DNA of 64,000 bases from a virus. The number at the start of each line of letters is the position of its first letter. The first letter of the stretch is position 1. Below, piece after piece: positions 9,673-19,637 of this stretch. Where the stretch lies: the IMG/VR virus record IMGVR_UViG_3300042553_000685. The stretch is one strand, 5' to 3'. A program made the position numbers and the translations under genes. Below the pieces are notes generated by a model. That model had not been told where the DNA came from. It made no database searches and saw only the letters and a program-made list of their open reading frames with translations.

Positions 9673-11011
9673 CCTTAAGTTTTTCTATTGCTTCTCTATC
9701 AGTTACTTCAAATACTCGTCCTATAGTGAAGACGTAATATCTGCACGTCCCATCCTTATCACATACCTCACTTACGCTAAGGCGTTGACCGTTGGGGTCA
9801 GGATCCCCGCTCTCCCATTGAGAGAGCGTTTTGCCATCTTTTCCCTCCTTAGCCATCTCAATATCCTCAATTATAGCCAGGGCGCTATCCACTGCACTGT
9901 TCTGCTCTTCTACTGTAGTCCGGCTTATAGCCTCCTTGAGACTAGCGGGTATATGTTCTATCTTAGTTATCTCACACTTATCCTCCGTTAGAGAGCGCGT
10001 CTCGAATTGTAGCGTATAGTATGTTCTATCGCTACGCGCATGTGCTACCTCGAGTAGTGATAGGTGTCCGCGGAAGCGGGGATTACCTGTCTTAGCTGAG
10101 CGTATCACCCCCTCCTTTACATCGAAGGCCTGGTAGCGTGCCATGTTAATCTCTACGTCTAGATCAGCTCCGCTTAGGTATGCGTGCTCGTAGAAACTCT
10201 GCATAGCGCCATAAGTGTCTAGCTTAGCCATAAGAGTCCCTACCTTATCCTTACCAGTAGCATGAGATAGATAGGTAGCCGGGCTCGGTTTATCGCCATC
10301 CACTCCAGTGAACATTCCTACTACAGTTATCATCACACTATCTATCCCCATGTGCTGGTAAATAGGTGTGCTGCCTGGTACCCGCAACTTAGCGATATTA
10401 GCCTTAACTCGTATGTGTAAACCTGGCAGTGCGTTGGGTACATCCTTACTCGCTGTCATAGGTATGACTGAGTCCATAGCCGGCAATAGACTGAAGAAAT
10501 AACTCTTATTAGTATCTACTTGTGTAACCCTCATACCCCAGTCCGCCGCAGGTGGGTACGTTATAGTCGGCTCCTGCTTAGTTGTTAATTTGCTGGGATC
10601 CCCCTTAGAAAGATCTACTTCACCACCTGTAGGTATACCTACACTACTCGGAGTGGCAAGTCTTGCTATGTTAACTGTTGAGTCAGGTGCGGCGGCCGTT
10701 ACTTGTGAGGGAGTATAGCCAATACTCACCTGCATCTCTTGAATATTAGGATTATTGACGTTACTTTCAATTACTGTTCTTACTTCCTTTACTACGTGGG
10801 CTTTTAAGCTACCATCTGCTCTTGATAATAATTGGGATAAAAGATTTATATAAGGGGCACTACGACTACTAGGTATATCTCTTAATTTAAAAATAACATC
10901 ATTAACCAATAGAGGCGCATTTAGATCCTCTAGATTTAATAATTCAAAGTACGCTACTCTAACGGGATGACCTGGTTGTATATTGCTAGTTAAAGATAAG
11001 GTATCACTCAC
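9656..11011 (-). CDS. hypothetical structural protein (451 aa)
   Basis: ORF in the array. The 5' ~270 nt are AT-rich. No secure motif. Confidence 0.6.
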   Translation of the reverse strand: MSDTLSLTSNIQPGHPVRVAYFELLNLEDLNAPLLVNDVIFKLRDIPSSRSAPYINLLSQLLSRADGSLKAHVVKEVRTVIESNVNNPNIQEMQVSIGYTPSQVTAAAPDSTVNIARLATPSSVGIPTGGEVDLSKGDPSKLTTKQEPTITYPPAADWGMRVTQVDTNKSYFFSLLPAMDSVIPMTASKDVPNALPGLHIRVKANIAKLRVPGSTPIYQHMGIDSVMITVVGMFTGVDGDKPSPATYLSHATGKDKVGTLMAKLDTYGAMQSFYEHAYLSGADLDVEINMARYQAFDVKEGVIRSAKTGNPRFRGHLSLLEVAHARSDRTYYTLQFETRSLTEDKCEITKIEHIPASLKEAISRTTVEEQNSAVDSALAIIEDIEMAKEGKDGKTLSQWESGDPDPNGQRLSVSEVCDKDGTCRYYVFTIGRVFEVTDREAIEKLKDEKIQ

Positions 11012-11339
11012 GCAGGCTCTCCACTATTACTAAGAATTGGGCTATGGTGTGGTCAGATAGATAAGAGGGTATATGAATATACTGCCCGCGGTAATACAGC
11101 TCTCTATACGTATTAGTCATACCTGCCGTTAGGAGGCCTAGTGGTAGCGTTGTTAGGTAATCGAGCTCCTCATCTGTGAAGTCAGCTATAGGGAGGCCCT
11201 GTAATAATAGGGCCAGTCTATTATCGTAGCCCCGCGCTGCCAGCTGTGATACAGTACGACGATATAGTGCCCCTGCGATGAGGGGCACAGCGTGATTAAC
11301 TGGTATACGCTCTACTATACTCTCTAATATGTCAGACAC
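11004..11339 (-). CDS. hypothetical protein (111 aa)
   Basis: ORF overlapping both neighbours. Confidence 0.55.
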   Translation of the reverse strand: MSDILESIVERIPVNHAVPLIAGALYRRTVSQLAARGYDNRLALLLQGLPIADFTDEELDYLTTLPLGLLTAGMTNTYRELYYRGQYIHIPSYLSDHTIAQFLVIVESLRE

Positions 11340-13873
11340 TGCAGGCTCGAGACATAGGGTAATCTAGTTATGGTGCCGCTTACAATTATTTGTAATCTAA
11401 TGCGTATGCGATTTCTGACCAATGGTACATCATTATCACCCTGACGCACTAATACAGTGGGAGTGAGGCCGGACAATGTAGTCTCATTCTCGATGAGGGG
11501 TATATTACCATCTACTAGCGTAGTGGTAGGAGTAGGCATTTCAGTCCACGTCTGGCCCCCATTGGAGCTGGCACTGGCCACTACACAACTACCCTGCGGT
11601 AGGAAGGCGCGGTATATAACCTTGACGTTAGTGTACTCACGTGTAGTATAATCTATGCTGATCCAGGTAGCTTTAGAACGAGCCCGCCCTATAATCAGCA
11701 TACTCCTGTTGAGGTAGACTATGGGTGTCGTACCTGTAGTGAAGAGCACTAGCCTCATCTCTAGATTATCTGGCAGCTCCGTAGCTCGCTCGGGTAAGGG
11801 CACTAGCTCCTGCCCTTCCCTATAGAAGGTAGAGAATGAGCCCCCCTGACCTAGGTTATAACTCCAGAGGCTATTGAGCTGTGTTAGGTCTACCTGAGTA
11901 TTCGCCTCAGGCGCTGGGCTATAGGTGAAGTCTATATAGCCTGTCGAACCTAGATTCCCTCCTATTAGCTGGTATGTTAGATTACTATTGATCTGTGACT
12001 GCCAGTTACTACCACTGCGTGTCAGGAGGTAGTTGGGTATGCCGGGTATGCCCGGTATGCCCGGTATGCCCGGCCCCTCTTGGTTTCGTGATATAGCAGA
12101 CTGTGCGTTTGTATTGATGTGCATAGAGCCCGGGCTAGTAGCACTAATGACTACACAGTAACTACCTGCCACTAGATTGATGGGCGGGTCGAAGGTCAAC
12201 TCTACTGGTGTATCAGGACTACCGCTCGTTACCTGTAGGCGGACCCGTCCTAGCTCCCTCTCCTCTGGTATATTATTGGGTGCTGCTACTAGACTCACCC
12301 AAGCGCTTATGGCGCCTGCGGGATATACGCGTATACCTGTTATAGTATTGGCTGTTGATAGAGTAAACAACTGTGCCATCCCCTCCCTGATCTGTACTAC
12401 AGCTGGTGCGGGGGCTCCAGTGGAACCAAACTCCAGACACTGCCCTATTGTCCATCCACTTCCTGTTGCTGTTATAGATAGTGCTGCGCTACTAGAAGGA
12501 ACTGCTATATTTGCTACTAGTATGCCGCTGACATCAGCCTTATAGCGCCCGTCTTCTATAGAGCCGCGGGTTACTGTAGCCTGGGGAGTCCGTCCGTCTA
12601 TTTGTAATACTATACCACTCTCTAGAGATAACAGACCCTGTAGAGTGATTGTGACTTGCACTGCCTCGGTGGCTATAGTGAGACGTCCTACTTGGTACTC
12701 GATGCGCTTTGCATCGGGTGCTACTACTGGTGGGTTGAGCGTCATACGCACGTCTCGTGTCTGGGCTGCTAGTCCCAGACTGCCTGTAGCGCGTCGTTGA
12801 TCAATTATGAGACCAGGGGCAGGTCGTATATATGCCGTCTGTAGACTCCCTCCAGACTCCGTTATGGTTACATTACTACTACCTTTTATAGTTAGGTTAC
12901 CGGGCCTGATCGTGTTATACGAGGTAGGTAGTGTCATGTACCCCGTCATAGCACAGTCAAAGCCAGGAGCTGTGATGTCAGTCCCCAATGTATTCTGGAA
13001 GGCGTCTACAAAGCCACTCTCTAAAATACGCGGGGCCCCCGAGTAGAAGTTAAGTCGTTCTAGAACTATATCTATAGCCTCCTCTCGTAGTGTGTTCAAC
13101 TTAACCTGTAGATCTCGCAGTAGGCCGGGCTCTACCCATCTATTATCGCTGGCTATTAGTTCACTATTACGTATACGTGCTAGCGTGAGGGGCCCCGTAC
13201 CTATTCTCACCTCACCTTTCTTATCTATGACGATCTCACCACTAACCACCATAGGTAGATAGACAGGCTCGTATAGATCCACTATCTTACCATCTATGAA
13301 GGCCCGGCCGGGCTGGACGGCCAGACGCTGAATAGGTCGATTCTGTGTTAGGTCTATCTCTAGTGCATTATCGAAGCGCAGGCCCAGTACCTCTAGACCT
13401 CGCTGTATATAGTTGCCGTATACCTCTTTGTCTACTAACTCTATGGCCTCCTCGAGTGATGCTACTTTACTGCGCGGGGCCCGACTGAATCGCTTACCAT
13501 CGTATATGAGTATCTGGCCCCCCGATATCTGCAGGAATGGGTAACCGTCCTGTCCTACTACTGGTTTAGGAAATAGGATACTGCGCCCATCATAATCTAT
13601 CCGGTATATGCGGAGTGTAACGTTGGCGTTACCGGTTATAGTTAGATGGGCTGGGCTGATGCGATACCAGCCCTCCTCCTCTATATATATCAGACCACCT
13701 TGTATTGTTAGACTGGGGGGCGTCCATATTATATCTACCTCCGCTAGGTAATAAACATCGTATAGACTACGGCTCATCTCCTCTACATGCAAGTGTAAGA
13801 GATCCTGCATCTCTATGAGCTCTCGTGCTTGTAGGGGGCGGCCATCCGTAAATAGTAGCTTAGTTCGTTCCAT
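11324..13873 (-). CDS. large tail/baseplate-associated structural protein (849 aa), N-terminal paralogue of the 1359-aa protein
   Basis: Its N-terminus FTDGRPLQARELIEMQDLL matches LPEDGQPLVAQDLLEMQSIV of the upstream gene. Contains an in-frame (GIP)4 repeat. Located in the tail-fibre neighbourhood. Confidence 0.55.
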   Translation of the reverse strand: MERTKLLFTDGRPLQARELIEMQDLLHLHVEEMSRSLYDVYYLAEVDIIWTPPSLTIQGGLIYIEEEGWYRISPAHLTITGNANVTLRIYRIDYDGRSILFPKPVVGQDGYPFLQISGGQILIYDGKRFSRAPRSKVASLEEAIELVDKEVYGNYIQRGLEVLGLRFDNALEIDLTQNRPIQRLAVQPGRAFIDGKIVDLYEPVYLPMVVSGEIVIDKKGEVRIGTGPLTLARIRNSELIASDNRWVEPGLLRDLQVKLNTLREEAIDIVLERLNFYSGAPRILESGFVDAFQNTLGTDITAPGFDCAMTGYMTLPTSYNTIRPGNLTIKGSSNVTITESGGSLQTAYIRPAPGLIIDQRRATGSLGLAAQTRDVRMTLNPPVVAPDAKRIEYQVGRLTIATEAVQVTITLQGLLSLESGIVLQIDGRTPQATVTRGSIEDGRYKADVSGILVANIAVPSSSAALSITATGSGWTIGQCLEFGSTGAPAPAVVQIREGMAQLFTLSTANTITGIRVYPAGAISAWVSLVAAPNNIPEERELGRVRLQVTSGSPDTPVELTFDPPINLVAGSYCVVISATSPGSMHINTNAQSAISRNQEGPGIPGIPGIPGIPNYLLTRSGSNWQSQINSNLTYQLIGGNLGSTGYIDFTYSPAPEANTQVDLTQLNSLWSYNLGQGGSFSTFYREGQELVPLPERATELPDNLEMRLVLFTTGTTPIVYLNRSMLIIGRARSKATWISIDYTTREYTNVKVIYRAFLPQGSCVVASASSNGGQTWTEMPTPTTTLVDGNIPLIENETTLSGLTPTVLVRQGDNDVPLVRNRIRIRLQIIVSGTITRLPYVSSLQCLTY
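12037..12072. repeat. 9-bp tandem repeat x4 (ggtatgccc), in frame; encodes PGIPGIPGIPGIP
   Basis: Read directly at 12037-12072. Confidence 0.9.
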
Positions 13874-16800
13874 ATACCACTACCTCCATTATAGATGGCA
13901 CGTCTGTTGTCGAAATTCCAAATGCGTCTATAGACCACTTCAGCTCTCCACTACGCGGGCCGGGAGATACATATTCATAAGTTAGGCGAGATAGTCCTAG
14001 TCCTGCATCTAGTATGACTGTGGTTGGGTCGCTTAGAACGTGCCAGCCCCCTGTGCTGAACTGTATCCTTACTTGTAGCGTACTCGATGGCGGCATTAGT
14101 GCTGTTATGGCTACTGTAAATTTCGTACTCGTCTGCGGGATAGGCTGCCAGTTAGATATATGCTGCGTGGGTGACAGGTTACGATAGAGGGATACTGTTC
14201 CTATTTCTATGATGGGAGCTAGGGCTGCCGTACCTGCGGATACTGCACGTAGAAGGAGTATAGACTCTACTCTATCTAGACATACAGGCGTATTGGGTGC
14301 TATGGATATCCAGTTAAGATTCACGCCCGCCTTGTACTGATAATCTATTGTGCAGCCTGCTGGTACTATGTCTCGTACATTGAGAGCGAAGGCCGTCATA
14401 CTGTAAGAGTAGCTACCTAGGTCTATACTAATCGGAGTCGTCGGGAATACAGCGCGGTAGAGCCGCATAGTAATATCTTCTCTCTCGTGATTAGAAATGA
14501 TAGTACCATCACTGAACCAGAGGTTACCATTTATGCCTAGCTGCTGTCCTATTAGTAGCCCCGCATCTAGTATATCGGCCTCTCCTATCTCACTAGTGAA
14601 TACGCTCCAGTCTCCCTCTGTACTGCGGAAGCCTAGTGTATAATACTGATCCTCCTTGAGATAGATAGGGGTAGGGAATACGTATTTAGTCCAGAGCCGC
14701 CCCTGTATGTCAGGCAATACAGCTCCATTGACAAGAGCCTCTCCTAGTAGTATCTGCCCTGGTGTAGTAGCTGTGCCATCCCGCAATGATATAATTAGGG
14801 CTCCTGATGCCGGCGCCGATGCTATTTTTATATCAAGGCCGCTCAGGTACATATCAGAGGGTGCCTGAAATGTCTGCATCAGTGGGTCGAAGCCTACCCT
14901 CGGCATTAGGGGTAAGGGCTGAGTATCTATTGAGGATGATGGTAAACCCCAGGAGGCCGCCCCGCCTAGCGCCACGTGGGTCAGGTTATTATTGAATATC
15001 GATATCGTATTACTTACACTCAGTGTATCAGAGTGTAGCACTACGGCATGGACACCGGGGGGTAGTGCGGGTAGGAATAGCTCGACCTCAAGTATGCCAT
15101 TAGAGCGGGGCCGGAACGCGAATGGTAGGGTGCCCGATATTGGTGTGTTATTAATTGATACTGCAGTAGTCATGAGAGTGTCAGCTATCAGTAGTTGATA
15201 GCTGGCCTGGGGGAGCCCCTCTCCTCGTATAGTGTATCGTATATTCTGGGCCCGCGCCTTATCTATCTCCTCGCTCCCCATTAGATTAGCGCCTATAGAC
15301 GGTATAGCCTCACCTGCTGATATAGCCTCTCGTACACGACGAGATAGCCGCGTGAACTCTGCTCTATTACCCTCATTGATAAATCGATAGAGGGGATTAC
15401 TAGTGGAGCCGAATAGAGCAGCTCCTCGGACGGCCAGCTCGTCGCAGGGGTTAATTCGCCCTAGATCGCGATTAGCCATGATGACTCTACGGCAGAATAA
15501 CCGCGGGGCTGTAGTCTGCTGTATACTCCTTTCTTTCGTCAGCTTAGTTTGCTCGAGGAAGATACTCTCTGTATATGTAGGTACTACAATGTAAGGGTCT
15601 CCTGCGTTATTAGGTCTAGCCGAGGGGGCCGTTGCTCTGACATCGCTATATACTCTATTGGATGTCAGACTATTAGTTAGAGGCGAGAGCATACCTGTGC
15701 TCTCCGTTAGATTAATACCGCTACTACTCACTAGAGCATCGATAGATGTAAAGTTAGGTACGGCTCCTGTATTAGTGAAAGCCAGTCCCTCTGCTTTCGT
15801 TGTGAGTCGTAGTCTATCTATATCATCTGATAACGATGATACGGCGCTGGCTAGCTGCCGTATACTATCGTAATTAACAGGGCGACAGTCGATAGGCTCA
15901 ATGATGGCGCTATTATTACTTATAAGCACACGGGATAATGGTAATACTGAACCACTAACGGCAGGAGGCTGCGGATTAACTCCTACCTCACCATATATGA
16001 CAGCGGGCTGTCCCTCCTTATCTAGCGTCACTATAGCTATGCGGCTGAGGAAATAACTATAGTCTACCTGGAATGTGGTATTAGGTGCGGGGCTCCGTGT
16101 ACCAGTAAATACTATAGTGTCAGTAGCCGTCAGGAGATTGAAATCTACTCCTAGTGTTAATTGACTAGAGTACGTATACATCACAAAGTAGGTAGTACCA
16201 GGTGCCGGCTCTAGAGCCCCCGGGCCATTAGGAGCCCACTCCAGTCTACCACCATCGAGAACCTGGAAGTCCCGGCCCTCTGTGTAATTAATAGAGCCCT
16301 GGAATACATGTTTCACACTAGATACAGTATCTCGCCCTAGGTAGTCACTAGTGCCAGGTGTAGTCCCGCGCACTATGGCAGCCGTATTCTGCTGGAGCGT
16401 AGCTACTAGTCGCGTTACCTCCTTGACAGGTCGGCGAGTTAACTTAAACTCATTAGTACTGGCTGCACCTCCAATGGGACCGCTGGGCACGTCGACGCCT
16501 AGTCTATTACTGGGGGCCCCTCCTGTGATAGTGATACCTATGGTAATGTTCACTAGGTTAGACGTCGTACCTATGCCTATAGACTCCATGACGAGTGTTG
16601 GCCCATTACGGCGGAAGGCTATGGCATCTCGGAGTAGATTACGAGCCGCATCCGTAGTAATGCCGGTACCGGTAATAGTACTATTACTATCAGTACCAGT
16701 AGCTATGCGAGTTATTATGTAGTCTATGAAGGTTTCTACTGAGGTGGCTGCTGAAGTATTAGCCGTCACAGTTATAGTCGAGTTATTGATAGGGGCAAAG

Positions 16801-17939
16801 CTTATGCTTACTTTGGTATCCTGTGTTACTACATTAGCCCATGTGAAGGCACCCTGTAGCGATATGGTGCGGTTGGCTATAGCAGTTACACCTCCATAAG
16901 TAAATGTAGCCGCCGTTACTACCTGACTATCTGTGGTACGCTGTAGCGCTAGGTTTATTGGTGTATCAATAACTACTCTACGCCCCACGACGTAGGCTAC
17001 TCCAGGTGCCAGTGACATACCAAGTGAGGACTCTGATCTACGTCGGGCCTCCTCTAATTCTGCTAGCCCGCCCCGTGCTGCTGTCTGTCTCTCTCTGTAG
17101 GTAGCCTCTAGTGTAGCTACCAGGGCCTCTTCTTCCTCTACACGTGTCTCAAGATCAGCGAGTATAGTCAGGTTAGCGGGTGTGGGGCTGACACTACTTA
17201 TATCCCGTGCGTCCTCTAGTCGCAGTAGTAATCCATCTAGTCTACTCTTACTCTCTAGGTATAGGTTACGTGACTCAGTAGCCCGCGCCTCTAGTGTAGA
17301 ATAGTTATCATTGAGCGTCACTAGACTAGTATCAGCTAGAGTGCGGGGGCGGTCCAGGAGCGCTAGGTTCAGCCCCCGCACGCAGAAGTTACCGTGTCTC
17401 TCAAATACTCTCTCTGCTAGTGTCTCCTCGATACCACCAGGTAGGTCCCTCGCTCTATTAATAGGTATTCCATTGCGTATAGAGTAGAGGGGATACCCTC
17501 GCCCCGTAAGGACTATACTACTATTAACTACTAATCTAGATGCCCCCCGGGGCCCGTATTGATTGCCGGCCCGCATACTCTCATCCTCGAGTACGGTAGT
17601 AGTGACCTCGAGATAAAATGTAGTCTCTCCTTCTCGTGATACCTGAAAGCGCGCGGGCTTAGTCTTGACTACTACGCCCGCAGCATATACACGGCCTTCA
17701 GTTATAAGGATATCCATAGTCGTATCGTCATCACCTACGACGACTAATTCTACACCCGAGAGTATAGTGCCATCTCTATAGAGCGTATCCATACCGGTCT
17801 GGAACTGGCCCTGCACTATTGATTGCATCTCTAGGAGGTCCTGCGCCACTAAGGGTTGGCCGTCCTCTGGTAATACTTTCACCCAATTACTATCGAGGGT
17901 ATAATTCTCGGGGTATTCTGGTCTTTGTAATATAGACAT
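13860..17939 (-). CDS. very large tail fibre/baseplate-like structural protein (1359 aa)
   Basis: Shares its N-terminal motif with the 849-aa protein. Has a coiled-coil-like segment (LETRVEEEEALVATLEATYRERQTAARGGLAELEEARRR). Size and position fit a fibre or wedge component. Confidence 0.6.
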   Translation of the reverse strand: MSILQRPEYPENYTLDSNWVKVLPEDGQPLVAQDLLEMQSIVQGQFQTGMDTLYRDGTILSGVELVVVGDDDTTMDILITEGRVYAAGVVVKTKPARFQVSREGETTFYLEVTTTVLEDESMRAGNQYGPRGASRLVVNSSIVLTGRGYPLYSIRNGIPINRARDLPGGIEETLAERVFERHGNFCVRGLNLALLDRPRTLADTSLVTLNDNYSTLEARATESRNLYLESKSRLDGLLLRLEDARDISSVSPTPANLTILADLETRVEEEEALVATLEATYRERQTAARGGLAELEEARRRSESSLGMSLAPGVAYVVGRRVVIDTPINLALQRTTDSQVVTAATFTYGGVTAIANRTISLQGAFTWANVVTQDTKVSISFAPINNSTITVTANTSAATSVETFIDYIITRIATGTDSNSTITGTGITTDAARNLLRDAIAFRRNGPTLVMESIGIGTTSNLVNITIGITITGGAPSNRLGVDVPSGPIGGAASTNEFKLTRRPVKEVTRLVATLQQNTAAIVRGTTPGTSDYLGRDTVSSVKHVFQGSINYTEGRDFQVLDGGRLEWAPNGPGALEPAPGTTYFVMYTYSSQLTLGVDFNLLTATDTIVFTGTRSPAPNTTFQVDYSYFLSRIAIVTLDKEGQPAVIYGEVGVNPQPPAVSGSVLPLSRVLISNNSAIIEPIDCRPVNYDSIRQLASAVSSLSDDIDRLRLTTKAEGLAFTNTGAVPNFTSIDALVSSSGINLTESTGMLSPLTNSLTSNRVYSDVRATAPSARPNNAGDPYIVVPTYTESIFLEQTKLTKERSIQQTTAPRLFCRRVIMANRDLGRINPCDELAVRGAALFGSTSNPLYRFINEGNRAEFTRLSRRVREAISAGEAIPSIGANLMGSEEIDKARAQNIRYTIRGEGLPQASYQLLIADTLMTTAVSINNTPISGTLPFAFRPRSNGILEVELFLPALPPGVHAVVLHSDTLSVSNTISIFNNNLTHVALGGAASWGLPSSSIDTQPLPLMPRVGFDPLMQTFQAPSDMYLSGLDIKIASAPASGALIISLRDGTATTPGQILLGEALVNGAVLPDIQGRLWTKYVFPTPIYLKEDQYYTLGFRSTEGDWSVFTSEIGEADILDAGLLIGQQLGINGNLWFSDGTIISNHEREDITMRLYRAVFPTTPISIDLGSYSYSMTAFALNVRDIVPAGCTIDYQYKAGVNLNWISIAPNTPVCLDRVESILLLRAVSAGTAALAPIIEIGTVSLYRNLSPTQHISNWQPIPQTSTKFTVAITALMPPSSTLQVRIQFSTGGWHVLSDPTTVILDAGLGLSRLTYEYVSPGPRSGELKWSIDAFGISTTDVPSIMEVVVYGTN

Positions 17940-17942
17940 CGA

Positions 17943-18500
17943 TTAAATAGGTAATATGAATTTAACGCGTGTGCGGTCAGTAGGGGTTGCGTGAGTCACG
18001 GGAGTGAATAGGAGTGCCATCTGAGCAGGGCCCGTGTCGAGCCATTCGCCGGGTAGCCAGAAGTCAGCATTAGTATTCGCGCCTGTTTGTAATACTACAT
18101 CAGTTAGCAGTGATGCAGAACGGAAGGCACCGGGTACCTGCTCACCGGATACTATTGCCTCTACGTATAACGCCTGGGGTAATAAGCCTAGGAGTGATGT
18201 GAGGTCAGCTCTACCGTTAGGTATTATGTTCCAGCGCTGGTCCCCCTGTATAATATCACCGCCGCTCTCTACTCTATAGGCCAGTGATACTCGGTGAGGG
18301 CGCAGTATAACCTGTGTGCTCAGGAATGCAGGGTCCTGCGGTATAGGTCTATCCGGCGGCTCATCTATATCTAGTGGGTTATCGGGGGCCCATGTCGTAT
18401 AGCGCCCTATTCCCACGCGTAAGGGCAGTGTGTTTCTCATCTGTATCAGACGATATAGCCGCCCTTCTGGTGTAGTCTTACTTATGATGGTAGTACTCAT
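17943..18500 (-). CDS. hypothetical protein (185 aa)
   Basis: The ORF start overlaps the stop of the flavoprotein gene by 1 nt. Confidence 0.55.
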   Translation of the reverse strand: MSTTIISKTTPEGRLYRLIQMRNTLPLRVGIGRYTTWAPDNPLDIDEPPDRPIPQDPAFLSTQVILRPHRVSLAYRVESGGDIIQGDQRWNIIPNGRADLTSLLGLLPQALYVEAIVSGEQVPGAFRSASLLTDVVLQTGANTNADFWLPGEWLDTGPAQMALLFTPVTHATPTDRTRVKFILPI

Positions 18501-19513
18501 TATCTCACTATGGCGTCTTCTATTATGGCATTGACTATCTCGCGACTGGTTATACCAGCACTAATCAATGAGTTCTGACGAGGCCCGTCGTATGCTGTAG
18601 CCCCTATTCCGGTTATATATACATTCTTTATTAGACGAAAGCCGGGCTTAACTAGTGGAAATCTAACTAATATTGGATCAGCAGGATAATTCATTGGCCA
18701 CGATGGGTAGAAGCCAGTCGCTAATACAATAGAATCCACACCTGGTATCTCTCTACTATTAGTTATGCGGGGCATCTCCTTGTAATTATACTGGGCTAGC
18801 TCATTGGCTATATAGGGTGTGATGCTGGGCCCCCACCTCTTAACACGAGATAGGTACTCAGCACGCTTATTTAATGGGAGGGTCCTATAGTATCCGCCCA
18901 GCGCTGTCTTATTATACCAGTGCGTGTAGGATGGAGCAGGATAATTATCTATACGGTACCCCCCGTGACTCCAGGTAACTTCATTGTTCTGCGCTAGGTA
19001 CGCTACTGCCTCTGCCGCGCCCTGACCGCTACCTAGTACTAGAAGGCGTTTATTACGTGCCGGGTGCTTCAAGTAGTGACTGAGCGTATGAGTATCGTAA
19101 CCCACTGTCCAATCAGGCACGCGCTGCTCTCGTTGTCCTGTAGCTATAACCAGGGGGCCCTCCTCCAGGGGGCCTATCTCTAGACCCATGCTCAGTGCTC
19201 GTTGTAAGGCCCACTGTAAGTAGTCCTCGAATACATCCCTGTTGCATCGTTCCTGCACTGCCTCTATCTCACGCTGGCCTCCCAGTATACGCTCTCGTTG
19301 TAGGTAGTGACAGAGGCTGTAATCAGCGCCCTCTATATTAGTACATAGGTCGAAGGAGATAGGGCTCCTCATCTGTAGATTGGGTACTACTTCATCTTTA
19401 CTCCAGCTGCTCAGGGGCCTCGGGTCCCATGCGCGTGCAGTTAGACCTCGACTGAGTGCTTCTAACGCTACTGATAGGCCGCGCGGGCCTAGTCCCATTA
19501 TATTTACAATCAC
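18500..19513 (-). CDS. FAD/NAD(P)-binding oxidoreductase, class-B flavoprotein monooxygenase-like
   Basis: 337 aa with a GTG start. N-terminal dinucleotide-binding GLGPRG (about nt 19478-19498). ATG motif LVIATGQ. Second Rossmann motif LLVLGSGQGAAEAVAYL. Distal IVLATGF motif. This order is typical of N-hydroxylating/FMO-type flavoenzymes. Confidence 0.65.
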   Translation of the reverse strand: MIVNIMGLGPRGLSVALEALSRGLTARAWDPRPLSSWSKDEVVPNLQMRSPISFDLCTNIEGADYSLCHYLQRERILGGQREIEAVQERCNRDVFEDYLQWALQRALSMGLEIGPLEEGPLVIATGQREQRVPDWTVGYDTHTLSHYLKHPARNKRLLVLGSGQGAAEAVAYLAQNNEVTWSHGGYRIDNYPAPSYTHWYNKTALGGYYRTLPLNKRAEYLSRVKRWGPSITPYIANELAQYNYKEMPRITNSREIPGVDSIVLATGFYPSWPMNYPADPILVRFPLVKPGFRLIKNVYITGIGATAYDGPRQNSLISAGITSREIVNAIIEDAIVR

Positions 19514-19637
19514 GAATTATAGTCTCCGTTATATACCGTACGCCGGCGCTTAACCATACCGTCTGATCTATTGTACCTAGTGACAGTGCAGTATCGCTAG
19601 TCTCTACTATACGCTGCGCCTGCCATTAACCTGAATG

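Noticed and set aside
9425-9991. 188-aa plus-strand ORF
   Set aside because: It lies antisense across the junction of the 643-aa and 451-aa genes. There is no SD or promoter, and the composition mirrors the sense strand.
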